Source: Eledone cirrhosa (Eukaryota). From it: a stretch of DNA of 64,000 nt. The DNA lies in the NCBI GenBank assembly GCA_964016885.1, contig CAXHJY010000397.1, positions 186,001 through 250,000 on the forward strand. The letters are read 5' to 3'. Made by a program: the position numbers and the translations under genes. A model generated the notes under the pieces. It saw only the letters and a list, made by a program, of their open reading frames with translations, did not search any database and had not been told where the DNA came from. Shown one piece after another: positions 37,201 through 49,200 of this stretch. The stretch's first letter is position 1. Every line of letters begins with the position of its first letter.

Positions 37201-39340
37201 GCTTAGCTTAGCTTAGGATAGCTTAGCTTAGCTTAGCTTAGGATAGCTTAGCTTAGCTTAGCTTAGGATAGCTTAGCTTAGCTTAGTTTAGGATAGCTTA
37301 GCTTAGGATAGCTTAGCTTAGCTTAGGATAGCTTAGCTTAGCTTAGCTTAGGATAGCTTAGCTTAGCTTAGCTTAGGATAGCTCAGCTTAGCTTAGCTAA
37401 GGATAGCTTAGCTTAGCTTGGCTTAGGATAGCTTAGCTTAGCTTAGCTTAGGATAGCTTAGCTTAGCTTAGCTTAGGATAGCTTAGCTTAGCTTAGCTTA
37501 GGATAGCTTAGCTTAGCTTAGCTTAGGATAGCTTAGCTTAATTTAGGATAGCTTAGTTTAGCTTGGCTTAGGATAGCTTAGCTTAGCTTTGCTTAGGATA
37601 GCTTAGCTTAGGATAGCTTAGGATAGCTTAGCTTAGCATAGCTTAGGATAGCTTAGCTTAGGATAGCTTAGCTTAGGATAGCTTAGGATAGCTTAGCTTA
37701 GGATAGCTTAGGATAGCTTAGCTTAGGATAGCTTAGCTTAGGATAGCTTAGCTTAGCTTAGATTAGGATAGCTTAGCTTAGCTTAGCTTAGGATAGCTTA
37801 GGATAGCTTAGCTTAGGATAGCTTAGGATAGCTTAGCTTAGGATAGCTTAGCTTAGGATAGCTTAGCTTAGGATAGCTTAGGATAGCTTAGCTTAGGATA
37901 GCTTAGCTTAGGATAGCTTAGGATAGCTTAGCTTAGCTTAGGATAGCTTAGCTTAGCTTAGCTTATGATAGCTTAGCTTAGCTTAGCTTAGCTTAGGATA
38001 GCTTAGCTTAGCTTAGCTTAGGATAGCTTAGGATAGCTTAGCTTAGGATAGCTTAGCTTAGCTTAGCTTAGGATAGCTTAGGATAGCTTAGCTTAGGAAA
38101 GCTTAGGATAGCTTAGCTTAGGATAGCTTAGCTTAGGATAGCTTAGCTTAGCTTAGCTTAGGAGAGCTTAGCTTAGGAAAGCTTAGGATAGCTTAGCTTA
38201 GGATAGCTTAGCTTAGGATAGCTTAGGATAGCTTAGCTTAGCTTAGCTTAGGATAGCTTAGCTTAGCTTAGCTTAGGATAGCTTAGCTTAGCTTAGGATA
38301 GCTTAGCTTAGCTTACCTTAGGATAGCTTAGCTTAGCTTAGCTTAGGATAGCTTAGCTTAGCTTAGCTTAGGATAGCTTAGCTTAGCTTAGGATAGCTTA
38401 GCTTAGCTTAGCTTAGGATAGCTTAGCTTAGGATAGCTTAGCTTAGGTTAGCTTAGCTTAGCTTAGCTTAGGATAGCTTAGGATAGCTTAGCTTAGGATA
38501 GCTTAGCTTAGCTTAGCTTAGGATAGCTTAGCTTAGCTTAGGATAGCTTAGCTTAGGATAGCTTAGGATAGCTTAGCTTAGCTTAGCTTAGCTTAGGATA
38601 GCTTAGCTTAGCTTAGCTTAGGATAGCTTAGCTTAGCTTAGGATAGCTTAGCTTAGCTTAGCTTAGGATAGCTTAGGATAGCTTAGGATAGCTTAGGATA
38701 GCTTAGCTTAGGATAGCTTAGCTTAGCTTAGCTTAGGATAGCTTAGCTTAGCTTAGCTTAGGATAGCTTAGCTTAGCTTAGGATAGCTTAGCTTAGCTTA
38801 GCTTAGGATAGCTTAGCTTAGCTTAGCTTAGGATAGCTTAGCTTAGCTTAGCTTAGGATAGCTTAGCTTAGCTTAACTTAGGATAGCTTAGCTTAGCTTA
38901 GCTTAGGATAGCTTAGCTTAGCTTAGGATAGCTTAGCTTAGCTTAGCTTAGGATAGCTTAGCTTAGCTTAGGATAGCTTAGCTTAGCTTAGCTTAGGAGA
39001 GCTTAGCTTAGCTTAGCTTAGGATAGCTTAGCTTAGCTTAGCTTAGGATAGCTTAGCTTAGCTTAGCTTAGGATAGCTTAGCTTAGCTTAGCTTAGGATA
39101 GCTTAGCTTAGCTTAGCTTAGGATAGCTTAGCTTAGCTTAGCTTAGGATAGCTTAGCTTAGCTTAGCTTAGGATAGCTTAGGATAGCTTACCTTAGGAGA
39201 GCTTAGCTTAGGATAGCTTAGCTTAGGATAGCTTAGGATAACTTAGCTTAGGATAGCTTAGCTTAGGATAGCTTAGCTTAGGATAGCTTAGCTTAGGATA
39301 GCTTAGGATAGCTTAGCTTAGCTTAGGATAGCTTAGCTTA
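23898..39340 (+). repeat. Copy 2 of large duplicated block
   Basis: Same ordered series of rare variants as 1-15465, including CTGAG, CTTCG, CTCAG, GATTA, TATTG and TATAG. It diverges at CTTTG 39342. Confidence 0.93.
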
Positions 39341-39739
39341 GCTTTGCTTAGGATAGCTTAGCTTAGCTTAGCTTAGGATAGCTTAGGATAGCTTAGCTTA
39401 GGATAGCTTAGGATAGCTTAGCTTAGGATAGCTTAGCTTAGGATAGCTTAGGATAGCTTAGCTTAGCTTAGCTTAGGATAGCTTAGCTTAGCTTAGCTTT
39501 GGATAGCTTAGCTTAGCTTAGCTTAGCTTAGGATAGCTTAGCTTAGCTTAGGATAGCTTAGGATAGCTTAGCTTAGGATAGCTTAGGATAGCTTAGCTTA
39601 GGATAGCTTAGCTTAAGATAGCTTAGGATAGCTTAGCTTAGGATAGCTTAGCTTAGGATAGCTTAGCTTAGCTTAGCTTAGGATAGCTTAGCTTGGGATA
39701 GCTTAGGATAGCTTAGCTTAGGATAGCTTAGGATAGCTT

Positions 39740-40230
39740 AGCTTAGCTTAGCTTAGGATAGCTTACCTTAGCTTAGGATAGATTAGCTTAGCTTAGCTTA
39801 GGATAGCTTAGCTTAGCTTAGGATAGCTTAGCTTAGCTTAGCTTAGGATAGCTTAGCTTAGGATAGCTTAGCTTAGGATAGCTTAGCTTAGGATAGCTTA
39901 GCTTAGGATAGCTTAGCTTAGGTAGCTTAGCTTAGCTTAGCTTAGGTTAGCTTAGCTTAGGATAGCTTAGGATAGCTTAGCTTAGCTTAGGATAGCTTAG
40001 CTTAGCTTAGCTTAGGATAGCTTAGCTTAGCTTAGCTTAGGATAGCTTACCTTAGCTTAGGATAGATTAGCTTAGCTTAGCTTAGGATAGCTTAGCTTAG
40101 CTTAGGATAGCTTAGCTTAGCTTAGCTTAGGATAGCTTAGCTTAGGATAGCTTAGCTTAGGATAGCTTAGCTTAGGATAGCTTAGCTTAGGATAGCTTAG
40201 CTTAGGTAGCTTAGCTTAGCTTAGCTTAGG
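39740..40230 (+). repeat. Short tandem duplication, period 284 bp
   Basis: CTTAC 39762/40046, ATTAG 39782/40066, GTAG 39922/40206. Confidence 0.88.
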
Positions 40231-41374
40231 ATAGCTTAGCTTAGGATAGCTTAGGATAGCTTAGCTTAGCTTAGCTTAGGATAGCTTAGCTTAGCTTAGC
40301 TTAGGATAGCTTAGCTTAGCTTAGGATAGCTTAGCTTAGCTTAGCTTAGGATAGCTTAGCTTAGCTTAGCTTAGGATAGCTTAGCTTAGCTTAGCTTAGG
40401 ATAGCTTAGCTTAGCTTAGTTTAGGATAGCTTAGGTTAGGATAGCTTAGCTTAGCTTAGCTTAGGATAGCTTAGCTTAGCTTAGCTTAGCTTAGGATAGC
40501 TTAGCTTAGCTTAGCTTAGGATAGCTTAGCTTAGCTTAGGATAGCTTAGCTTAGCTTAGCTTAGGATAGCTTAGCTTAGCTTAGCTTAGGATAGCTTAGC
40601 TTAGCTTAGCTTAGGATAGCTTAGCTTGGCTTAGCTTAGGATAGCTTAGCTTAGCTTGGCTTAGGATAGCCTAGCTTAGCTTAGCTTAGGATGGCTTAGC
40701 TTAGCTTAGCTTAGGATAGCTTAGCTTAGCTTAGCTTAGCTTAGTTTAGGATAGCTTAGCTTAGCTTAGCTTAGGATAGCTTAGGATAGCTTAGCTTAGG
40801 ATAGCTTAGGATAGCTTAGCTTAGGATAGCTTAGGATAGCTTAGCTTAGGATAGCTTAGCTTAGGATAGATTAGCTTAGGATAGCTTATGATAGCTTAGC
40901 TTAGGATAGCTTAGGATAGCTTAGGATAGCTTAGCTTAGGATAGCTTAGCTTAGGATAGCTTAGGAAAGCTTAGCTTAGCTTAGCTTAGGATAGCTTAGC
41001 TTAGCTTAGGATAGCTTAGCTTAGCTTAGCTTAGCTTAGGATAGCTTAGCTTAGCTTAGCTTAGGATAGCTTAGGATAGCTTAGCTTAGGATAACTTAGG
41101 ATAGCTTAGCTTAGGATAGCTTAGGATAGCTTAGCTTAGGATAGCTTAGCTTAGGATAGCTTAGCTTAGCTTAGCTTAGCTTAGGATAGCTTAGGATAGC
41201 TTAGGATAGCTTAGCTTAGGATAGCTTAGCTTAGGATAGCTTAGGATAGCTTAGCTTAGCTTAGCTTAGGATAGCTTAGCTTAGCTTAGCTTAGGATAGC
41301 TTAGCTTAGCTTTGCTTAGGATAGCTTAGCTTAGGATAGCTTAGGATAGCTTAGCTTAGCATAGCTTAGGATAG

Positions 41375-42630
41375 CTTAGGTTAGGATAGCTTAGCTTAGG
41401 ATAGCTTAGGATAGCTTAGCTTAGGATAGCTTAGGATAGCTTAGCTTAGGATAGCTTAGGATAGCTTAGCTTAGGATAGCTTAGCTTAGGATAGCTTAGG
41501 AAAGCTTAGCTTAGCTTAGCTTAGGATAGCTTAGCTTAGCTTAGCTTAGGATAGCTTAGCTTAGCTTAGCTTAGGATAGCTTAGGATAGCTTAGCTTAGG
41601 ATAGCTTAGGATAGCTTAGCTTAGGATAGCTTAGCTTATGATAGCTTAGGATAGCTTAGCTTAGGATAGCTTAGGATAGCTTAGCTTAGGATAGCTTAGC
41701 TTAGGATAGCTTAGGATAGCTTAGCTTAGCTTAGCTTAGGATAGCTTAGCTTAGCTTAGCTTAGGATAGCTTAGCTTAGCTTAGCTTAGGATAGCTTAGC
41801 TTAGCTTAGGATAGCTTAGGATAGCTTAGCTTAGGATAGCTTAGGATAGCTTAGCTTAGGATAGCTTAGGATAGCTTAGCTTAGGATAGCTTAGGATAGC
41901 TTAGCTTAGGATAGCTTAGCTTAGGATAGCTTAGCTTAGCTTAGCTTAGGATAGCTTAGCTTAGGATAGCTTAGGATAGCTTAGCTTAGGATAGCTTAGC
42001 TTAGGATAGCTTAGGATAGCTTAGCTTAGCTTAGCTTAGGATAGCTTAGCTTAGCTTAGCTTAGGATAGCTTAGCTTAGCTTAGCTTAGGATAGCTTAGC
42101 TTAGCTTAGCTTAGGATAGCTTAGGATAGCTTAGCTTAGCTTAGCTTAGCTTAGGATAGCTTAGCTTAGCTTAGCTTAGGATAGCTTAGCTTAGCTTAGC
42201 TTAGGATAGCTTAGCTTAGCTTAGCTTAGGATAGCTTAGCTTAGATTAGCTTAGGATAGCTTAGCTTAGCTTAGCTTAGGATAGCTTAGGTTAGCTTAGG
42301 ATAGCTTAGCTTAGGATAGCTTAGCTTAGGATAGCTTAGCTTAGGTTAGCTTAGCTTAGCTTAGGATAGCTTAGGATAGCTTAGCTTAGGATAGCTTAGC
42401 TTAGCTTAGGATAGCTTAGCTTAGCTTAGGATAGCTTAGCTTAGCTTAGCTTAGCTTAGGATAGCTTAGCTTAGGATAGCTTAGGATAGCTTAGCTTAGC
42501 TTAGGATAGCTTAGCTTAGCTTAGCTTAGGATAGCTTAGCTTAGCTTAGCTTAGGATAGCTTAGGATAGCTTAGCTTAGCTTAGCTTAGGATAGCTTAGC
42601 TTAGCTTAGCTTAGGATAGCTTAGCTTAGC
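41375..42630 (+). repeat. Dispersed copy of about 4355-5610 (also about 28250-29510)
   Basis: GTTAG 41380/4360, GAAAG 41500/4480, CTTAT 41635/4615, ATTAG 42245/5225; all offsets 37020. Confidence 0.87.
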
Positions 42631-43229
42631 TTAGGATAGCTTAGCTTAGCTTAGCTTATCTTAGCTTAGGATAGCTTAGCTTAGCTTAGCTTAGGATAGC
42701 TTAGCTTAGCTTAGCTTAGGATAGCTTAGGATAGCTTAGCTTAGGATAGCTTAGGATAGCTTACCTTAGGATAGCTTAGCTTAGGATAGCTTAGCTTAGG
42801 ATAGCTTAGGATAGCTTAGCTTAGCTTAGCTTAGGATAACTTAGCTTAGCTTAGCTTAGGATAGCTTAGCTTAGCTTAGCTTAGGATAGCTTAGCTTAGC
42901 TTAGGATAGCTTAGCTTAGCTTAGCTTAGGATAGCTTAGCTTAGCTTAGCTTAGGATAGCTTAGCTAAGGATAGCTTAGCTTAGGATAGCTTAGCTTAGG
43001 ATAGCTTAGGATAGCTTAGCTTAGGATAGCTTAGGATAGCTTAGCTTCGGATAGCTTAGCTTAGCTAAGGATTGCTTAGCTTAGGATAGCTTAGGATAGC
43101 TTAGCTTAGCTTAGCTTAGGATAGCTTAGCTTAGCTTAGGATAGCTTATCTTAGCTTAGGATAGCTTAGCTTAGCTTAGGATAGCTTAGCTTAGCTTAGG
43201 ATAGCTTAGCTTAGCTTAGCTTAGGATAG

Positions 43230-46200
43230 CTTAGCTTAGCTTAGCTTAGGATAGCTTAGCTTAGCTTAGCTTAGGATAGCTTAGCTTAGCTTAGCTTAGG
43301 ATAGCTTAGCTTAGCTTAGCTTAGGAGAGCTTAGCTTAGCTTAGCTTAGGATAGCTTAGCTTAGCTTAGGATAGCTTAGCTTAGCTTAGCTTAGGATAGC
43401 TTAGCTTAGCTTAGTTTAGGATAGCTTAGCTTAGCTTAGCTTAGCTTAGGATAGCTTAGCTTAGCTTAGCTTAGCTTAGGATAGCTTATCTTAGCTTAGG
43501 ATAGCTTAGCTTAGCTTAGCTTAGGATAGCTTAGCTTAGCTTAGGATAGCTTAGCTTAGCTTAGCTTAGGATAGCTTAGCTTAGCTTAGCTTAGGATAGC
43601 TTAGCTTAGCTTAGCTTAGCTTAGGATAGTTTAGCTTAGCTTAGCTTAGCTTAGGATAGCTTAGCTTAGCTTAGGATAGCTTAGGATAGCTTAGCTTAGG
43701 ATAGCTTAGCATAGCTTAGCTTAGGATAGCTTAGCTTAGGATAGCTTAGCTTAGGATAGCTTAGGATAGCTTAGCTTAGCTTAGCTTAGGATAGCTTAGC
43801 TTAGCTTAGCTTAGGATAGCTTAGCTTAGCTTAGCTTAGGATAGCTTAGGATAGCTTAGCTTAGGATAGCTTAGGATAGCTTAGCTTAGGAAAGCTTAGG
43901 ATAGCTTAGCTTAGGATAGCTTAGGATAGCTTAGCTTAGGATAGCTTAGGATAGCTTAGCTTAGCTTAGCTTAGGATAGCTTAGCTTAGCTTAGCCTAGG
44001 TAGCTTAGCTTAGCTTAGCTTAGGATAGCTTAGGATAGCTTAGCTTAGGATAGCTTAGGATAGCTTAGCTTATGATAGCTTAGCTTAGGATAGCTTAGGA
44101 TAGCTTAGCTTAGGATAGCTTAGCTTAGGATAGCTTAGGATAGCTTAGCTTAGCTTAGCTTAGGATAGCTTAGCTTAGCTTAGGATAGCTTAGCTTAGCT
44201 TAGCTTAGCTTAGGATAGCTTAGCTTAGCTTAGCTTAGGATAGCTTAGCTTAGCTTAGCTTAGGATAGCTTAGGATAGCTTAGCTTAGGATAGCTTAGGA
44301 TAGCTTAGCTTAGGATAGCTTAGGATAGCTTAGCTTAGGATAGCTTAGGATAGCTTAGCTTAGGATAGCTTAGGATAGCTTAGCTTAGCTTAGCTTAGGA
44401 TAGCTTAGCTTAGCTTAGCTTAGGTAGCTTAGCTTAGCTTAGCTTAGGATAGCTTAGGATAGCTTAGCTTAGGATAGCTTAGCTTAGCTTAGGATAGCTT
44501 AGCTTAGCTTAGCTTAGGATAGCTTAGCTTAGCTTAGCTTAGGATAGCTTAGCTTAGCTTAGGATAGCTTAGCTTAGCTTAGCTTAGGATAGCTTAGCTT
44601 AGCTTAGGATAGCTTAGCTTAGCTTAGCTTAGCTTAGGAGAGCTTAGCTTAGCTTAGCTTAGGATAGCTTAGCTTAGCTTAGCTTAGGATAGCTTAGCTT
44701 AGCTTAGGATAGCTTAGCTTAGCTTAGCTTATCTTAGCTTAGGATAGCTTAGCTTAGCTTAGCTTAGGATAGCTTAGCTTAGCTTAGCTTAGGATAGCTT
44801 AGGATAGCTTAGCTTAGGATAGCTTAGGATAGCTTACCTTAGGATAGCTTAGCTTAGGATAGCTTAGCTTAGGATAGCTTAGGATAGCTTAGCTTAGCTT
44901 AGCTTAGGATAACTTAGCTTAGCTTAGCTTAGGATAGCTTAGCTTAGCTTAGCTTAGGATAGCTTAGCTTAGCTTAGGATAGCTTAGCTTAGCTTAGCTT
45001 AGGATAGCTTAGCTTAGCTTAGCTTAGGATAGCTTAGCTTAGGATAACTTAGCTTAGGATAGCTTAGCTTAGGATAGCTTAGGATAGCTTAGCTTAGGAT
45101 AGCTTAGGATAGCTTAGCTTCGGATAGCTTAGCTTAGCTAAGGATTGCTTAGCTTAGGATAGCTTAGGATAGCTTAGCTTAGCTTAGCTTAGGATAGCTT
45201 AGCTTAGCTTAGGATAGCTTATCTTAGCTTAGGATAGCTTAGCTTAGCTTAGGATAGCTTAGCTTAGCTTAGGATAGCTTAGCTTAGCTTAGCTTAGGAT
45301 AGCTTAGCTTAGCTTAGCTTAGGATAGCTTAGCTTAGCTTAGCTTAGGATAGCTTAGGATAGCTTAGCTTAGCTTAGGATAGCTTAGCTTAGCTTAGCTT
45401 AGGATAGCTTAGCTTAGCTTAGCTTAGGATAGCTTAGGATAGCTTAGCTTAGGATAGCTTAGGATAGCTTAGCTTAGGATAGCTTAGGATAGCTTAGCTT
45501 AGGATAGCTTAGGATAGCTTAGCTTAGGATAGCTTAGCTTAGGATAGCTTAGCTTAGCTTAGCTTAGGAGAGCTTAGCTTAGGATAGCTTAGGATAGCTT
45601 AGCTTAGGATAGCTTAGCTTAGGATAGCTTAGGATAGCTTAGCTTAGCTTAGCTTAGGATAGCTTAGCTTAGCTTAGCTTAGGATAGCTTAGCTTAGCTT
45701 AGGATAGCTTAGCTTAGCTTACCTTAGGATAGCTTAGCTTAGCTTAGCTTAGGATAGCTTAGCTTAGCTTAGCTTAGGATAGCTTAGCTTAGCTTAGGAT
45801 AGCTTAGCTTAGCTTAGCTTAGGATAGCGTAGCTTAGCTTAGCTTAGGATTACTTAGCTTAGCTTAGCTTAGGATAGCTTAGCTTAGGATAGCTTAGCTT
45901 AGCTTAGCTTAGGATAGCTTAGCTTAGCTTAGCTTAGCTTAGGATAGCTAAGCTTAGCTTAGGATAGCTTAGCTTAGCTTAGCTTAGGATAGCTTAGCTT
46001 AGCTTAGCTTAGCTTAGCTTAGGACAGCTTAGCTTAGCTTAGCTTAGGATAGCTTAGCTTAGCTTAGCTTAGGATAGCTTAGCTTAGCTTAGCTTAGTAT
46101 AGCTTAGCTTAGCTTAGGATAGCTTAGGATAGCTTAGCTTAGGATAGCTTAGGATAGCTTAGCTTAGGATAGCTTAGGATAGCTTAGCTTAGGATAGCTT

Positions 46201-49200
46201 AGCTTAGGATAGCTTAGCTTAGCTTAGCTTAGGATAGCTTAGCTTGGGATAGCTTAGGATAGCTTAGCTTAGGAAAGCTTAGCTTAGGATAGCTTAGCTT
46301 AGGATAGCTTAGGATAGCTTAGCTTAGCTTAGCTTAGGATAGCTTAGCTTAGCTTAGCTTAGGATAGCTTAGCTTAGCTTAGGATAGCTTAGCTTAGCTT
46401 AGGATAGCTTAGCTTAGCTTAGCTTAGGATAGCTTAGCTTAGCTTAGCTTAGGATAGCTTAGCTTAGCTTAGCTTAGGATAGCTTAGCTTAGCTTAGGAT
46501 AGCTTAGCTTAGCTTAGGATAGCTTAGCTTAGGATAGTTTAGCTTAGGATAGCTTAGGATAGCTTAGCTTAGGATAGCTTAGGATAGCTTAGCTTAGGAT
46601 AGCTTAGCTTAGCTTAGCTTAGGATAGCTTAGCTTAGCTTAGGTAGCTTAGCTTAGCTTAGCTTAGGATAGCTTAGCTTAGGATAGCTTAGGATAGCTTA
46701 GCTTAGCTTAGCTTAGGATAGCTTAGCATAGCTTAGGATAGCTTAGCTTAGCTTAGGTTAGCTTAGCTTAGCTTAGGATAGCTTAGCTTAGCTTAGCTTA
46801 GGATAGCTTAGCTTAGCTTAGCTTAGGATAGCTTAGCTTAGCTTAGCTTAGGATAGCTTAGCTTAGCTTAGCTTAGGATAGCTTAGCTTAGCTTAGCTTA
46901 GGATAGCTTAGCTTAGCTTAGCTTAGGATAGCTTAGCTTAGCTTAGCTTAGGATAGCTTAGCTTAGCTTAGTTTAGGATAGCTTAGCTTAGGATAGCTTA
47001 GCTTAGCTTAGGATAGCTTAGCTTAGCTTAGCTTAGGATAGCTTAGCTTAGCTTAGCTTAGGATAGCTCAGCTTAGCTTAGCTAAGGATAGCTTAGCTTA
47101 GCTTGGCTTAGGATAGCTTAGCTTAGCTTAGCTTAGGATAGCTTAGCTTAGCTTAGCTTAGGATAGCTTAGCTTAGCTTAGCTTAGGATAGCTTAGCTTA
47201 GCTTAGCTTAGGATAGCTTAGCTTAATTTAGGATAGCTTAGTTTAGCTTGGCTTAGGATAGCTTAGCTTAGCTTTGCTTAGGATAGCTTAGCTTAGGATA
47301 GCTTAGGATAGCTTAGCTTAGCATAGCTTAGGATAGCTTAGCTTAGGATAGCTTAGCTTAGGATAGCTTAGGATAGCTTAGCTTAGGATAGCTTAGGATA
47401 GCTTAGCTTAGGATAGCTTAGCTTAGGATAGCTTAGCTTAGCTTAGATTAGGATAGCTTAGCTTAGCTTAGCTTAGGATAGCTTAGGATAGCTTAGCTTA
47501 GGATAGCTTAGGATAGCTTAGCTTAGGATAGCTTAGCTTAGGATAGCTTAGCTTAGGATAGCTTAGGATAGCTTAGCTTAGGATAGCTTAGCTTAGGATA
47601 GCTTAGGATAGCTTAGCTTAGCTTAGGATAGCTTAGCTTAGCTTAGCTTATGATAGCTTAGCTTAGCTTAGCTTAGCTTAGGATAGCTTAGCTTATCTTA
47701 GCTTAGGATAGCTTAGGATAGCTTAGCTTAGGATAGCTTAGCTTAGCTTAGCTTAGGATAGCTTAGGATAGCTTAGCTTAGGATAGCTTAGGATAGCTTA
47801 GCTTAGGATAGCTTAGCTTAGGATAGCTTAGCTTAGCTTAGCTTAGGAGAGCTTAGCTTAGGAAAGCTTAGGATAGCTTAGCTTAGGATAGCTTAGCTTA
47901 GGATAGCTTAGGATAGCTTAGCTTAGCTTAGCTTAGGATAGCTTAGCTTAGCTTAGCTTAGGATAGCTTAGCTTAGCTTAGGATAGCTTAGCTTAGCTTA
48001 CCTTAGGATAGCTTAGCTTAGCTTAGCTTAGGATAGCTTAGCTTAGCTTAGCTTAGGATAGCTTAGCTTAGCTTAGGATAGCTTAGCTTAGCTTAGCTTA
48101 GGATAGCTTAGCTTAGGATAGCTTAGCTTAGGTTAGCTTAGCTTAGCTTAGCTTAGGATAGCTTAGGATAGCTTAGCTTAGGATAGCTTAGCTTAGCTTA
48201 GCTTAGGATAGCTTAGCTTAGCTTAGGATAGCTTAGCTTAGGATAGCTTAGGATAGCTTAGCTTAGCTTAGCTTAGCTTAGGATAGCTTAGCTTAGCTTA
48301 GCTTAGGATAGCTTAGCTTAGCTTAGGATAGCTTAGCTTAGCTTAGCTTAGGATAGCTTAGGATAGCTTAGGATAGCTTAGGATAGCTTAGCTTAGGATA
48401 GCTTAGCTTAGCTTAGCTTAGGATAGCTTAGCTTAGCTTAGCTTAGGATAGCTTAGCTTAGCTTAGGATAGCTTAGCTTAGCTTAGCTTAGGATAGCTTA
48501 GCTTAGCTTAGCTTAGGATAGCTTAGCTTAGCTTAGGATAGCTTAGCTTAGCTTAACTTAGGATAGCTTAGCTTAGCTTAGCTTAGCTTAGGATAGCTTA
48601 GCTTAGCTTAGGATAGCTTAGCTTAGCTTAGCTTAGGATAGCTTAGCTTAGCTTAGGATAGCTTAGCTTAGCTTAGCTTAGGAGAGCTTAGCTTAGCTTA
48701 GGATAGCTTAGCTTAGCTTAGCTTAGGATAGCTTAGCTTAGCTTAGCTTAGGATAGCTTAGCTTAGCTTAGCTTAGGAGAGCTTAGCTTAGCTTAGCTTA
48801 GGATAGCTTAGCTTAGCTTAGCTTAGCTTAGGATAGCTTAGCTTAGCTTAGCTTAGGATAGCTTAGCTTAGCTTAGCTTAGGATAGCTTAGCTTAGCTTA
48901 GCTTAGGAGAGCTTAGCTTAGCTTAGCTTAGGATAGCTTAGCTTAGCTTAGGATAGCTTAGCTTAGCTTAGCTTAGGATAGCTTAGCTTAGCTTAGTTTA
49001 GGATAGCTTAGCTTAGCTTAGCTTAGCTTAGGATAGCTTAGCTTAGCTTAGCTTAGCTTAGGATAGCTTATCTTAGCTTAGGATAGCTTAGCTTAGCTTA
49101 GCTTAGGATAGCTTAGCTTAGCTTAGGATAGCTTAGCTTAGCTTAGCTTAGGATAGCTTAGCTTAGCTTAGCTTAGGATAGCTTAGCTTAGCTTAGCTTA

